Shown here: positions 1 through 10,241 of the stretch, one piece after another
How positions within the stretch are numbered: position 1 is the first letter of the stretch
Layout: each line of letters starts with the position of its first letter
Origin: an uncultured Planctomycetaceae bacterium
GTDB lineage: Bacteria; Planctomycetota; Planctomycetia; Planctomycetales; Planctomycetaceae
NCBI GenBank assembly: GCA_963976765.1
Contig: CAXBME010000002.1
Coordinates: forward strand, 248,001 to 312,000
Length of the DNA: 64,000 nt
Reading direction: 5' to 3'
Notes under the pieces: generated by a model
What the model was told of the DNA's origin: nothing
The model's input: the letters and a program-made list of their open reading frames with translations, nothing else
Databases searched by the model: none
Position numbers and translations under genes: made by a program

Positions 1-120
1 AAGCAGTTCGTCCTGTCCAAGAATTGCCTTGCCAAGTCCAGCAAGCAACGACTGAATTGTCGTCTGAGCGCGGCTGACGTCGTCCGGCGACAGAAGTTGA
101 GAACCTGCAGAATCTGACAT
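1..120 (-). CDS. 5' part of a probable MoxR-family AAA+ ATPase (continues beyond window)
   Basis: Manual translation from ATG at 120 gives MSDSAGSQLLSPDDVSRAQTTIQSLLAGLGKAILGQDELL. The 'xIxGQxE' N-terminus is typical of MoxR. Confidence 0.55.
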   Translation of the reverse strand, partial: MSDSAGSQLLSPDDVSRAQTTIQSLLAGLGKAILGQDELL

Positions 121-159
121 GCAGCACCTTTGCTAACTTTTCGGCGTTCGACCGTGATC

Positions 160-690
160 TCAACCCTGCAGAACCTGAATCATGCCTCGACAGAAATCCG
201 GAAGGTCGTCCGGTTTGCGACTCGACACAAAATGCCGATCCACCACCACCGCCGCATCCTCAAACTCCGCACCAGCGTTCACAAGATCGTCCTTGATCCC
301 CGGCGAACCGGTCACTTTGACGCCTGAGTAAACTTTCGCTGAAATCGGAATCCAGCCACCGTGGCAGATCGCGGCGACAAGTTTGCCGGCGTCTGCAAAT
401 TCACGAACCAGCTCCAGAACTTTCGGATCCCGGCGAAGTTTATCCGGCATAAAACCGCCGGGACACAGCACCCCGTCGAAGTCAGCAGAGTTCATGTCTG
501 AGATGGCCGCATCGGAAACGCAGGGGTAACCATTCTTGCCGGCATAAGTTCGCCCGGCTTCCGGCCCGGCAATGACGACGTCGGCTCCGGCCTCGATCAG
601 TCGAAGCTTCGGGTACCAAAGTTCGAGGTCTTCGTAGATGTCGCCCACGAAGGCGAGAACTCGTTTGCCCTGCAAAGGCAGATTGGACAT
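160..690 (-). CDS. PfpI/DJ-1 family type 1 glutamine amidotransferase-like protein
   Basis: YEDLELWYP, PGG, AAICHGGW nucleophile elbow and SRKPDDLPDF. Confidence 0.9.
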   Translation of the reverse strand: MSNLPLQGKRVLAFVGDIYEDLELWYPKLRLIEAGADVVIAGPEAGRTYAGKNGYPCVSDAAISDMNSADFDGVLCPGGFMPDKLRRDPKVLELVREFADAGKLVAAICHGGWIPISAKVYSGVKVTGSPGIKDDLVNAGAEFEDAAVVVDRHFVSSRKPDDLPDFCRGMIQVLQG

Positions 691-1082
691 GGAAAGCTTC
701 CTGAGAACTATTGAAAGGACGTTTCTGCAAACCAGTCGGAAGTAATCGCCATCGCAATCATTTGATCATGCCGGTTCTTCCGAATCTGCAAGGATCGCTG
801 GTCGGCGATGACAGAGCAACCGTCAACGTCTGAGCGTCGCCAGACATGCAGGCCAGACGCCCTGTCCGTCGCGGGCGTATTTTCGGCACAAACGGACGAC
901 TCGCCGGCCGTTGCTCAGGCTTCGCTGACCGATCGACTTTGCTGAAAGTTTCAAACCGTCCGAACCCGATCAACATTCTCAGCAGAAACTGTCTCCGCCA
1001 CCTGTCGAAACGCGTCGGTTCAGACGCTCGGCCAGTGAGCGATTGATTGCTGGCCCGGAATTACTGTTGAGCCAACCTGACT

Positions 1083-1580
1083 ATGAGCGACTTCAAAAAC
1101 AATCTGGTTCAATCTGCCGACGCAGCCGCACGAGTGGGCGTGCTGTTTGTTGCCGTCGCCCTGTTCGCGGCGATGTGGGAGTCAGACTCGCCCCCAGCCG
1201 AAGCGAGTGACAACCACTGGCTGGCTCGTCGCGCCGGAGCTTTGACGATTGACGCGGCAGGAAACGAGCCTGCCGAGTCCGTCAACCAGACTCGAGACCA
1301 GATCAAAGCTCAGCCGGTCTTCGAGCCGGTATCGCACCCGGCAGTCATCACCCAGCCGTACCCGATGCCGGTTGGCATCGCTCCTGGCGAATATCGCGTC
1401 GTCGACTCGCGAGGCATGACCGAAACATTGAACGTGAGCGCCGAAATGGTTTCGATGCAGAAGTTTGACGAAAATCGAGACCAGTACATCATCGAAAATG
1501 GCGATCGGAAAATTTTCTTCATCCGAATCCGGAATGAAAACGCAACAGCCAGCAGGCACTCCGGACCGATTCGAAGATAA
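1083..1580 (+). CDS. Hypothetical membrane-anchored or exported protein
   Basis: 165-aa ORF with an N-terminal hydrophobic segment (VGVLFVAVALFAAMW). Confidence 0.6.
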   Translation: MSDFKNNLVQSADAAARVGVLFVAVALFAAMWESDSPPAEASDNHWLARRAGALTIDAAGNEPAESVNQTRDQIKAQPVFEPVSHPAVITQPYPMPVGIAPGEYRVVDSRGMTETLNVSAEMVSMQKFDENRDQYIIENGDRKIFFIRIRNENATASRHSGPIRR

Positions 1581-1652
1581 GCACTGTCACGCTCAGAGCT
1601 TCAAACGGGAAAGCAACGTGGGGAATGGGCATCGCCCACCGTCCCTGTCCAT

Positions 1653-3608
1653 CTACTGCTGAGCTTCCCAGAGCCGCACGATGACGCGCCAGCGTTCTGA
1701 CGAAGAAGGCAACCCGGCAGCTCGCAGCAAACGTTCGACGTGCGGCCACTTGATTGGTTGCTTCGCTTCCACACGATAAAGATCGCGGAGCAGGACTGAG
1801 TAATTAAACGGGAGCCGTTTGGCGAACGCTCGTAGAGTTGGGGCAACCTCGGCGATCAGCAACCGCAACTCGACCGCCAGCAACGAATCGCTCTTCCTCT
1901 TAAGCTGTTCGCGGTAGCGGTGGATCCAGTTAATGTGGACGTCGCCGAGTCTCGTGACGCCGCACGATTCCGCAATACCGTGCAGCAACGACCAGCTGGG
2001 AGTCTCTTCCTCCTGAAGATACGAACGCAATCTTGGCGGCGAAATTCCGGCGAGATTCGCGTCTCGAAGCTTTCGGCTGAGCGGCACCAGACCGCCTTCG
2101 CGGACAGCCAGCAGCTGAATCATTTCGGAAACAGAACCGGGAGATTTCCAGGCAACACGTTTTGAGTCCCGCCTGCTGCGACGCTTGAAAATCTCGGCAA
2201 CCTTCCTGTGTCCGGCTTCGGCGAGTGCCTGCAGAATCCGGCTTCGAGCTGAATCTGAAAGCTGCTCGATCCCTCGTTCGATTTTCTGATATTCCAGACT
2301 CGTATAGCCGAGCACTTGTGCCGCATCGTTCACATCGAAACCGAAGAACTCTCGCTGCAACCGGAGATCAAGCTGCATCTCCGGACGATGTCTCAGGTGA
2401 AATCGGATGCGGCGTTGCTCCCAAAGCGTTCGCAGTTCGAGACATTCTTCAATCGCCAACCGGCTGGCGACATCCGTGATTACTGCGTTCTCACAATCGT
2501 CACCGGACTCGTCGTCCGCTGAGACAGCAGCATTGATAGAGTATGCCGTTCCGTTATTCGGAGTTTTTGCATGTCCATTCCTTGGAGTCGCCCGATCGGC
2601 TTCGAGTTGAAAATTCTCCTCGGGGGCAATCAGCGAGTCTGCCAGCAGCGCGATCAGCCCTGCCGGAAACGCCTGCTGAGAATAGTGACCATCCTCTTCG
2701 ATATGCTTGATGATCCGAGCTGGCTTTTTTCCACCGACCAGAAACAGGTCTGACATTTCCCGCCGAGTGACGCTCTGCTGTTCACGCAACTTCTTAAGCC
2801 GCAAGCCAAACGCGTGCAGCCCTTCGTCCTTTTGACGGCGATAATCTTCCTGCCACAGCTCACGCAGATGCCGCAGCTCAGCGTCGTTGCGGCACATTGT
2901 TCTGGCAACGCTGGCAATGCGTGCCCACGGAAGCAGTTCGAGGTAGCACAAACGTCGGAGCTGCGCCGTCCCGAGTCCCAGTTCCAGCAGATCCGATTCT
3001 GCATGCCCGGCCCGCAGCCTCAACATGCAGAATTCAGCCATCGATTCCGGATAACCTCGTTGCCGAAAGCGGTCGCGTTCGGAATCCTGCCAGACAGGCT
3101 CAACATCCTCGAATTCGACTTTCAGCGTCTCGCACATTTTCTTCAGGATTTCGTGCGGGACGGGAAAATTGCCGCGACGGTACTCCCAGAGAGTAGCAGC
3201 GCTGATGCCGACCTTTCTGGCAAGTCGAGGCGATGACCCGGCTTTCAGTTCCAGCCGCGCGATCACGTTTTCCATCGAGTCAGCCGGCCCTGCATACAGA
3301 TCCCGCAGCTCGTCCAGCCGCTCTTCGGGAACGCCGGCCTTGTTGCTGAACTTGATGAATCGTTCAAGCGTGTTTCGAGTCGGCGTGTGAATTCCCAGCT
3401 CCAGATCCCGCAACGCTCCACGGCTGATCCCTGACTTCCGAGCCAGCTCGATCCGCGTCATGCCGAGGTCCGAAACACGGACTTCCACGGCTTTTCGCGC
3501 TAGCGGCGGAGCGCTCACTGACCGCTTCAGCGATCGCTGACGCAGATTCGCGTTTCGCAGCGCGTGTCCGGTTAATGGCTCAGATTTCTGAACACGCCCC
3601 CGCGGCAT
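1653..3608 (-). CDS. Large protein of tandem XRE/Cro-like helix-turn-helix domains
   Basis: Repeated HTH-like segments, e.g. LGMTRIELARKSGISRGALRDLELG, LARKVGISAATLWEYRRG, FGLRLKKLREQQSVTRREMS, AAQVLGYTSLEYQKIERG. Start is ATG 3608 or GTG 3620. Confidence 0.75.
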   Translation of the reverse strand: MPRGRVQKSEPLTGHALRNANLRQRSLKRSVSAPPLARKAVEVRVSDLGMTRIELARKSGISRGALRDLELGIHTPTRNTLERFIKFSNKAGVPEERLDELRDLYAGPADSMENVIARLELKAGSSPRLARKVGISAATLWEYRRGNFPVPHEILKKMCETLKVEFEDVEPVWQDSERDRFRQRGYPESMAEFCMLRLRAGHAESDLLELGLGTAQLRRLCYLELLPWARIASVARTMCRNDAELRHLRELWQEDYRRQKDEGLHAFGLRLKKLREQQSVTRREMSDLFLVGGKKPARIIKHIEEDGHYSQQAFPAGLIALLADSLIAPEENFQLEADRATPRNGHAKTPNNGTAYSINAAVSADDESGDDCENAVITDVASRLAIEECLELRTLWEQRRIRFHLRHRPEMQLDLRLQREFFGFDVNDAAQVLGYTSLEYQKIERGIEQLSDSARSRILQALAEAGHRKVAEIFKRRSRRDSKRVAWKSPGSVSEMIQLLAVREGGLVPLSRKLRDANLAGISPPRLRSYLQEEETPSWSLLHGIAESCGVTRLGDVHINWIHRYREQLKRKSDSLLAVELRLLIAEVAPTLRAFAKRLPFNYSVLLRDLYRVEAKQPIKWPHVERLLRAAGLPSSSERWRVIVRLWEAQQ

Positions 3609-3924
3609 GGCTCCCTCCACACTGGTATATCACTGACGAAAATCGACGGCACGATCGTATCGGCACACTCCGATATGATCAACGCAACTCGATATGTTGA
3701 TCCGTGTGACCACGAAGGATTGCAGCAGACCGCAGGCAGCTGTCGCGACGGAGTGCTGACACGTATCCTGTTCCCGGAAGTCGACACGCGTTGCTTCGCC
3801 CTGGCTGAGTCCAACGTGTAGGCTGAAACAGGCTTCGCACCATTCCAGCATAAAAAACTCAATCTGAATAACGGAACGGCGCGGAGCCTGTTCCAGCCTG
3901 TTGCCTCATACTTCGACGCAAACC

Positions 3925-5943
3925 ATGACCGATTCGCCGCCCTCTCAAACCGAAATCCCGCCAGCACCGAAGCCGAACCGACTTCCAATTGTGCTGCTGC
4001 TCGGGGTGCTCATTATTGGAGCGGGCGAAGCAGCCCGGCGTTGGATCACGCAGGAAATCGACCCGGCAGTCACCACGCAGACCGACAACCGGCTGATGGA
4101 AAGCGAAGGACTGATTCTTGACCTGACGCCGCGTCTGAAAGAGCTGCTCAACACCAGCGTTATGAATCTGTCGTTGCCCGACGCGCTCGGCGTTGAATTG
4201 TTTGCCGAGGATGCGAGCATCGTCGATCTGGCCGACGAGCCACCGCACGGGAAAAAGAATCTCCCCGCCTTGCAGCTCCGCAAGTTTTCCTGGGCCATTG
4301 ACGGCACCGGGTCAAAGACGCCCCGAAGCGAGCTTTCACTGTGGCGTGCGTTGTTCAAGTCTGTCGACTACTTCGAACGAGCTGGCTTCAAGTTTGTACG
4401 AAGCCATTTCGACGATGTCGACTCCGACCTGCTGCATTCGGACGTTGCCTTCGAGGGGCTTGCTCGCGACAGAACCGGGCACCTTGTTCTGGTAAAAGCC
4501 GAGCAAAGCTTGAGCTGGCGTACAAAACTCGAAACGCCTGAATCGTCAGTCAACGCGCGGGCAGACACAGGCAAGGAAAACGCGACGGCGGGTGGGAAGC
4601 CTTCGGCTGCCGACCAGTGGCAAATTGTCGCCTGGACGCAAACGAACCTCGAAACGATTCTCGCGGAGCAGACATTCTTTTCAGAAACTCTCGACGCGGC
4701 AGTTCCTGATGCCGAACTTCGAAACCGCCTGCGGGACAGCCTGCACGAGCGGTACATCCTCAGCCGCTACGAGGCTCTGTCAAAGCACGAAGAATGGAAA
4801 GGGCCGCACCCGTATTTTTCAGTCGTTTCGCAGGACCGGCATCCGTCGCTCTCGGTCGTCGACATCGATCAGGATGGCCTCGACGACATCTACGTCATGG
4901 CACGCTGGGGAAAGAACATCCTTCTGCATAACAAAGGCGGATACTTCGAGGACGTCGCCGCGCAGTACGGTCTGGACATCGACGGTCATTGCTCCAGCGC
5001 TTTGTTTGCCGATTTTGATAACGACGGCGACGACGATCTCATGCTCGGTCGCACGCTCGTTCCCAGCCAGTATTTGGAAAACGACAACGGCCACTTTGTC
5101 GACCGAACTGAATCGCTGGTCGACGGTGGACTTCCCTCGCTCGTGACATCGGTTTCAGCCGCTGATTACAACGGCGACGGACTGCTCGACGTCTACCTTT
5201 CCACTTACGCGGCCAACATGCTGGAAGACGAAAACCGAGATCGTGGGCCGCCACTGAAAAATCCCGACGCACCGGGAGTACTGACTGACTTTCTGCCCGA
5301 ATCCGACGCCGTCGCACTTCAGGAACGCTTGTCGAAGCGTGACAACCACCGCTACCTCAATAACTTTGGCCCGCCGAATCTGTTGCTGGTCAATCGTGGC
5401 GGACGATTTGAAACCGCTCCTGAAAACAAACAGGTCGCTGCCTGGCGGCACACTTATCAGGGATCGTGGAGCGACTACGACCAGGATGGCGACCCCGACC
5501 TTTACATCGCCAACGACTTCGCCGTGAACTCGCTGATGAGAAACGACGGCGACGCTGGCTTCGTCGACGTCGCCAGAGAATCCGGCACGACGGACATCGG
5601 CTTCGGCATGGGTGCATCCTGGGGCGACTACGACAACGATGGCCGAGCCGACCTGTACGTCTCCAACATGTTCAGCAAAGCCGGTCGACGCATCACCGGA
5701 TCGCTCAAAGGGATCGACGATCGCTTCGCCCTGATGGCGAGGGGCAACTCGCTGTTTCACAATTCGGAAACGAGCTTCGAAAAGGTCTCCGGACTTGAAG
5801 AACCGACACTGCAAGTAGAAAAGGCCGGCTGGTCATGGTCAGGCCAGTTCGTCGATTTCGACAACGACGGCTGGCTCGATGTGCACGCGCTGAGTGGCTA
5901 TTACTCGGCGCCACCGGAAGTCGCCGTGCAGGTCGATTTGTGA
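3925..5943 (+). CDS. FG-GAP/VCBS repeat (CRTAC1-like) protein, N-terminal part; probably reads through UGA 5941-5943 as selenocysteine into 5944-7176
   Basis: N-terminal TM segment and many DxDxDGxxD repeats (DIDQDGLDD, DFDNDGDDD, DYNGDGLLD, DYDNDGRAD). The stop is TGA, in frame with the next ORF. Confidence 0.85.
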   Translation: MTDSPPSQTEIPPAPKPNRLPIVLLLGVLIIGAGEAARRWITQEIDPAVTTQTDNRLMESEGLILDLTPRLKELLNTSVMNLSLPDALGVELFAEDASIVDLADEPPHGKKNLPALQLRKFSWAIDGTGSKTPRSELSLWRALFKSVDYFERAGFKFVRSHFDDVDSDLLHSDVAFEGLARDRTGHLVLVKAEQSLSWRTKLETPESSVNARADTGKENATAGGKPSAADQWQIVAWTQTNLETILAEQTFFSETLDAAVPDAELRNRLRDSLHERYILSRYEALSKHEEWKGPHPYFSVVSQDRHPSLSVVDIDQDGLDDIYVMARWGKNILLHNKGGYFEDVAAQYGLDIDGHCSSALFADFDNDGDDDLMLGRTLVPSQYLENDNGHFVDRTESLVDGGLPSLVTSVSAADYNGDGLLDVYLSTYAANMLEDENRDRGPPLKNPDAPGVLTDFLPESDAVALQERLSKRDNHRYLNNFGPPNLLLVNRGGRFETAPENKQVAAWRHTYQGSWSDYDQDGDPDLYIANDFAVNSLMRNDGDAGFVDVARESGTTDIGFGMGASWGDYDNDGRADLYVSNMFSKAGRRITGSLKGIDDRFALMARGNSLFHNSETSFEKVSGLEEPTLQVEKAGWSWSGQFVDFDNDGWLDVHALSGYYSAPPEVAVQVDL

Positions 5944-7176
5944 AGCCTCTGGTGGCGCACGGTCGTGCGAAATGACTTTAACGGAAGCATGCAGCTCGGT
6001 GGCAAATTTGCCACTGAGGAAGAAGAACAAAGCTGGAAAGAGGATGAGAAAGACCTTTCCAATATCACTCACCCATTCAGCGGCAACGAACGGAATCATC
6101 TCTTTCTGAGCAGTCACGGCGAGAGCTTTCTGGACGTGTCGGGCATCTCCGGAGTCGACTCACCGTCAGATGGCCGCGTCTCTGTCTGGCTGGACATGGA
6201 CCGCGACGGACGACAGGACCTGGCCGTCGTGAACAGCAACCGTCCGCTGTTCCAGCTTTACCGAAACCAGACCGGCGACGCTGCATCCAGGAATGGCAAC
6301 TTCATCGCGTTGAGGTTTGTCGGCGGCAATGATTCGGCAGAAGTTTCGTCTGAGTTTTCCAACCGCAATGGTTTTGGAACGCGTGTCGTCGTGCAGGTCG
6401 GCGAACGTCAGATTACCCGCGAGCATTACTGCAGTCAGGGGTTCGCCGGCCAGAATTCGTCGACCATGCTGATCGGTCTGGGAGACGCCACCACGATCGA
6501 TCAACTTTCCATCACCTGGCCGTCGAAATTGAAACAACAATTCTCGAACCTGACAGCTGGCAAGCTGATGATCCTTTTCGAACGCCCCGCAGCGAACGCT
6601 CAATCACCACCTCAAACAGACAGCGCCGCGGCGGGAATCACCATCACGGAATACCCAGGGGTTACCCCGGCAGATTCTCGAACCGAACAACCAGCGAACG
6701 CCGTTCAAAATCCTGATTCACTCCCGACTCTGATGCCCGCACAACTGGCTGCGGGAGTTGAGACATCCGCCAACAATCTTCGAGCGGACGATTCAAAACT
6801 CGTCGTACTGACCACAATGGCAAGCTGGTGTGTTTCGTGCGCGAAGCATCAGCCATTGCTCAAAGCGATGAACAAAGAGTTTGAAACGTCGCAGGTATCG
6901 TTTGTCGGCTTCGCGGGGGATCCCGACGACCCTGCCGCCGATCTGCGAGGATTCATCGATCGACTCGGCATCGATTATCCCGTCGCCGCTGAGCCTGATG
7001 CTTCACTGCGTTCGACCGTGGAAGCGATCCTGAACTCCGGCGATGGAGCCGACGTTCTGCCGTCAACAATCATCCTCGACGGCCAGGGAAAAGTTCTGGC
7101 GACTCACCGGGGAATTCCGACCGCGTCAGAAATTCGCAAGCTACTTGCAGCGATCAAATTCGAGTCACCCCAATGA
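5944..7176 (+). CDS. ASPIC/UnbV domain plus C-terminal TlpA-like thioredoxin domain (C-terminal part of the putative selenoprotein)
   Basis: FSGNERNHLF, GFAGQNSSTMLIGLG (ASPIC/UnbV-like), and ASWCVSC...LPSTIILDGQGKV (CxxC redoxin). Open and in frame directly after the TGA. Confidence 0.8.
   Translation, partial: SLWWRTVVRNDFNGSMQLGGKFATEEEEQSWKEDEKDLSNITHPFSGNERNHLFLSSHGESFLDVSGISGVDSPSDGRVSVWLDMDRDGRQDLAVVNSNRPLFQLYRNQTGDAASRNGNFIALRFVGGNDSAEVSSEFSNRNGFGTRVVVQVGERQITREHYCSQGFAGQNSSTMLIGLGDATTIDQLSITWPSKLKQQFSNLTAGKLMILFERPAANAQSPPQTDSAAAGITITEYPGVTPADSRTEQPANAVQNPDSLPTLMPAQLAAGVETSANNLRADDSKLVVLTTMASWCVSCAKHQPLLKAMNKEFETSQVSFVGFAGDPDDPAADLRGFIDRLGIDYPVAAEPDASLRSTVEAILNSGDGADVLPSTIILDGQGKVLATHRGIPTASEIRKLLAAIKFESPQ
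5956..5969 (+). promoter_or_regulatory. Candidate bacterial SECIS hairpin
   Basis: CGCAC-GGTC-GTGCG stem-loop starting 12 nt after the in-frame TGA, with a G-first GGUC apical loop as in E. coli fdhF SECIS. Confidence 0.6.
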
Positions 7177-8450
7177 GCAACCACTCGGCAACCAGACACT
7201 CGCTCTGGCGCAAACTCTGGAACCTGGCTGACGACGTCGCGTATCTGAATCACGGTTCCTTCGGTCCATCGCCGATCGTCGTTCAGGAATCGTACGAACG
7301 CTGGACAAGGCAACTTGAACAGCAGCCGATGAATTTTTTCCTGCGGGAAATGGAGCCGGCCTTCGAAGAATCGCTGTCGGTACTGGCTGACTTCGTCGGC
7401 GCTTCGCGCGGCAATCTGATTTTTGTCGACAACGCAACGTTCGGCATGAACATCGTCGCCGCGTCAGCGAGTCTCGAAAAGGACGACGAAGTCCTGATCA
7501 ACGATCACGAGTACGGCGCGGTGACTCGTCTCTGGCGACGAACCTGCCAACAGGCCAGAGCGAGACTCGTCACGAGCGAACTCGCGGCGCCGATCACGGA
7601 CCCGGCAGCAATCGTGGAGCAACTTTTCGCTCGCGTGACCTCGAAAACAAAACTCATCGTCGTCAGCCATGTCACCTCGCCGACGGCCCTGGTGATGCCT
7701 GTCGAAGAAATCTGTCGCCGAGCGAAAGAACTCGAAATTCCAGTCTGCATCGACGGACCGCACGCCGTCGGAATGATCCCGCTGAATCTGAGAAAGATCG
7801 ACTGCGATTTCTACACAGCCAGTTGTCACAAATGGCTGAGCGCACCGTTCGGCAGCGGTTTTCTTTACGTTGCCCCGCGTCAACAGAAAAGAGTCAAGCC
7901 GGCAGTCGTCAGTTGGGGAGGCAGCATCGGCGGCCGGCAACCGAGCTGGAAGGACGAGTTCAACTGGCTGGGAACCCGCAACCCGGCCGCATTCCTGGCA
8001 ACGGCGGACGCCGTTCGGTTTCTGAAATCAAGCGTTGCTTCGATGAATCAGGCAATCGGCGCCACGGCAGTCTCCGACGACCCACGAACGATGCTCGACG
8101 AGTTTCGCCAGTCCGCCAGCACGATGATCAATCATGCCGTCGCCGAACTTGGTCGCACCGTCGGAACGAAACCGCTGATCGACAACCTCGAGTTACGAAG
8201 CGAAACGATGATCAGCCTGATGCTGCCCGACCGGTTTTCAGACAACGACGATTCCGTCGGCAAAGCCGGACAGCGCCACCCGCTCCAGGACTGGTTATGG
8301 AAAAAGCATCGAACCGAAGTCCCAATCATCAGCTGGAACAACCGTCTGATGATCCGCCTCTCCGCCCACCTCTACAACTCGCCATCTGAGTATTCCAACC
8401 TGGCAGCCGCCGTTCAGTCATTCGCCCAGTCAAACACTCGCATGGACTGA
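7173..8450 (+). CDS. PLP-dependent class V aminotransferase-fold enzyme (isopenicillin N epimerase / cysteine or selenocysteine lyase-like)
   Basis: YLNHGSFG, IDGPHAVG and ASCHKWL (PLP lysine). ATGA overlap with the upstream ORF. Confidence 0.9.
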   Translation: MSNHSATRHSLWRKLWNLADDVAYLNHGSFGPSPIVVQESYERWTRQLEQQPMNFFLREMEPAFEESLSVLADFVGASRGNLIFVDNATFGMNIVAASASLEKDDEVLINDHEYGAVTRLWRRTCQQARARLVTSELAAPITDPAAIVEQLFARVTSKTKLIVVSHVTSPTALVMPVEEICRRAKELEIPVCIDGPHAVGMIPLNLRKIDCDFYTASCHKWLSAPFGSGFLYVAPRQQKRVKPAVVSWGGSIGGRQPSWKDEFNWLGTRNPAAFLATADAVRFLKSSVASMNQAIGATAVSDDPRTMLDEFRQSASTMINHAVAELGRTVGTKPLIDNLELRSETMISLMLPDRFSDNDDSVGKAGQRHPLQDWLWKKHRTEVPIISWNNRLMIRLSAHLYNSPSEYSNLAAAVQSFAQSNTRMD

Positions 8451-8459
8451 AGCGAGGCT

Positions 8460-8921
8460 TTACTGAACCGTGCTGCCGCTGAGTCGGCGAGACAGTTCAT
8501 TGCGGTGTTGCTCGCGGATTTCGCTGTAGGCTTCAACCAGTGCCCAGGAATCTGTTTCGCGGCTGGCTTCGACCAGTAGTGCCGGCCCACTTGCCGGAGA
8601 CCCCAGAGGGAACTGAGCCATTCTGGCCGGCTCGACCTGAGCCACCGCTTCGGCCTGAGTCGCGTCGTTGCTCGGCCCAAAGACAACCAGCATTGCCGCC
8701 AGCATGAACGAAGCCATCACCGTCAGGCGGCTGGCCAGTTCTCGACCACGGTCAACCCGGTCGAGCTGAATCAGGATTTCGGTTCGCAATCCGGCTCGCG
8801 GATCCGGAGCGTCGTTGCAGAAGTAGATTAATTCTTCTTCGGCGGCGAATTCCCAGTCGGTGGGTTCAAACTCAGGGACTTCAGCCCCCAGTGCCGCGAA
8901 CAATCGTTCGGTTTCAGACAC
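8460..8921 (-). CDS. Putative single-pass membrane anti-sigma factor
   Basis: Overlaps the end of the ECF sigma gene and has one TM helix (LTVMASFMLAAMLVVFG). Confidence 0.55.
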   Translation of the reverse strand: MSETERLFAALGAEVPEFEPTDWEFAAEEELIYFCNDAPDPRAGLRTEILIQLDRVDRGRELASRLTVMASFMLAAMLVVFGPSNDATQAEAVAQVEPARMAQFPLGSPASGPALLVEASRETDSWALVEAYSEIREQHRNELSRRLSGSTVQ

Positions 8922-9606
8922 GACGCACCTCCTGTCGAATGCTTCGGTCCGTTGTCGACTTCGCAGCCGTCAGCGCGTCGGAACTGACATCTCTACTGGC
9001 ATGATCGATCGGCGGCGTTTGAGCCGGCTGGTCGATATCCGCCCTGGCCGAATCGACCAGCGGTTGCAGATGCCGCGAGAGCTTTTCCAGAGCGTAGCGG
9101 TAACGACTGGCGGCGGTGTTAGGCGACTCGCCGATCAGCTCGGCGATTTCAGCAAACGTGAACTGTTCCCAGATCTTCAGGACGACGACTTCCGCCTGCT
9201 CTGCCGGAAGTCTGGCAACCGCCTGCTGGACCTTTTCGCGAGACTCCTGCTGCTCAAGCGGGCACTCGACCGGTCGCCACGCCTGAAGCAGACTCGCCAG
9301 CGACGCAATCGGCTTCCGCCGACCAATCACCTTCAGAGCCTCATTCCGCACCACTCGGACCAGATAAGCCCACGGTTTGTCCGCATTGGCCAGCTGCTTC
9401 GGCTTCCGAGCCACCTTGACCAGAGCCGATTGCACGGCATCCTCAGCGTCCGCCCGATTTCGAGTCAGCGTCTCGGCGTACCTCAACAATCGAGACGCCG
9501 CGACATCGTAAAGCCGACTCAGCGCAGACCGATCGCCCCGCCCGAGGTCAGCCGCAACTGCAGCCACCTCTGTCCAGATCGAAGTTTTCGTCGCCAGATC
9601 GCTCAA
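8914..9606 (-). CDS. ECF RNA polymerase sigma-70 factor
   Basis: Region 2 (DAEDAVQSAL, WAYLVRVVRNEAL) and region 4 (LPAEQAEVVVLKIWEQFTFAEIAELIGESPNTAASRYRYA). Confidence 0.92.
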   Translation of the reverse strand: MSDLATKTSIWTEVAAVAADLGRGDRSALSRLYDVAASRLLRYAETLTRNRADAEDAVQSALVKVARKPKQLANADKPWAYLVRVVRNEALKVIGRRKPIASLASLLQAWRPVECPLEQQESREKVQQAVARLPAEQAEVVVLKIWEQFTFAEIAELIGESPNTAASRYRYALEKLSRHLQPLVDSARADIDQPAQTPPIDHASRDVSSDALTAAKSTTDRSIRQEVRRV

Positions 9607-10241
9607 ATGATGTCTCCAGCTTCGAGGCCGTCGTTGCTGAATTCACAGCCTGCCGCGGGTGGGAATGCTTCATTGACGCATCCGGCCCCCCCGTTTGTCT
9701 ACCGAAACCGCGATTTTATTTGAAAAGATTGAACTGCGTTGGCGCGACACGAGCCAATTCCACTGTCGCACGACAACCCGCCTCGGCGAGCACCCGGATT
9801 TCCGTTGCCCATTTTTGATTTTTTAGTGATCGCACTGACAGGAATTTGTTCAGGACAAAAAGTACACTCACCAAAAAGAGTAAACTCGTCCACAGATCAT
9901 TAACAAACCAGTGAGGGCACTATGACTGATTCTTCAACACTTGTTCGCCACCTGAAACGGTTGCGACAAAGGCCAGCCCCACACCCCGGCAGTTGCGTCA
10001 GTGACGACAAACTGCCGGCTCCGCATCACGGCATGGTTGGAGTAGCGACCGTACTGCACCTCGGTTGCCGTCTTCTGAAGTCTCAGTGCGCGACGGCGCT
10101 GTGGAAACCGGCTCAATCGGCGTTTGTCAAATTGTCGCGGCAATCCAGCCCGCCGGCTCCCAAATACCCAGACCCCCTTGCGACGCCATTTCCTGCACCG
10201 ACTGGTAAGTTGCCGCGCAGAAAACCTCGAACCAGCCGCAC

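Noticed and set aside
5941..5943. Calling 3925-7176 a pseudogene
   Set aside because: A single in-frame TGA with a SECIS-like hairpin and intact domains on both sides fits recoding better, although a nonsense mutation is not excluded.
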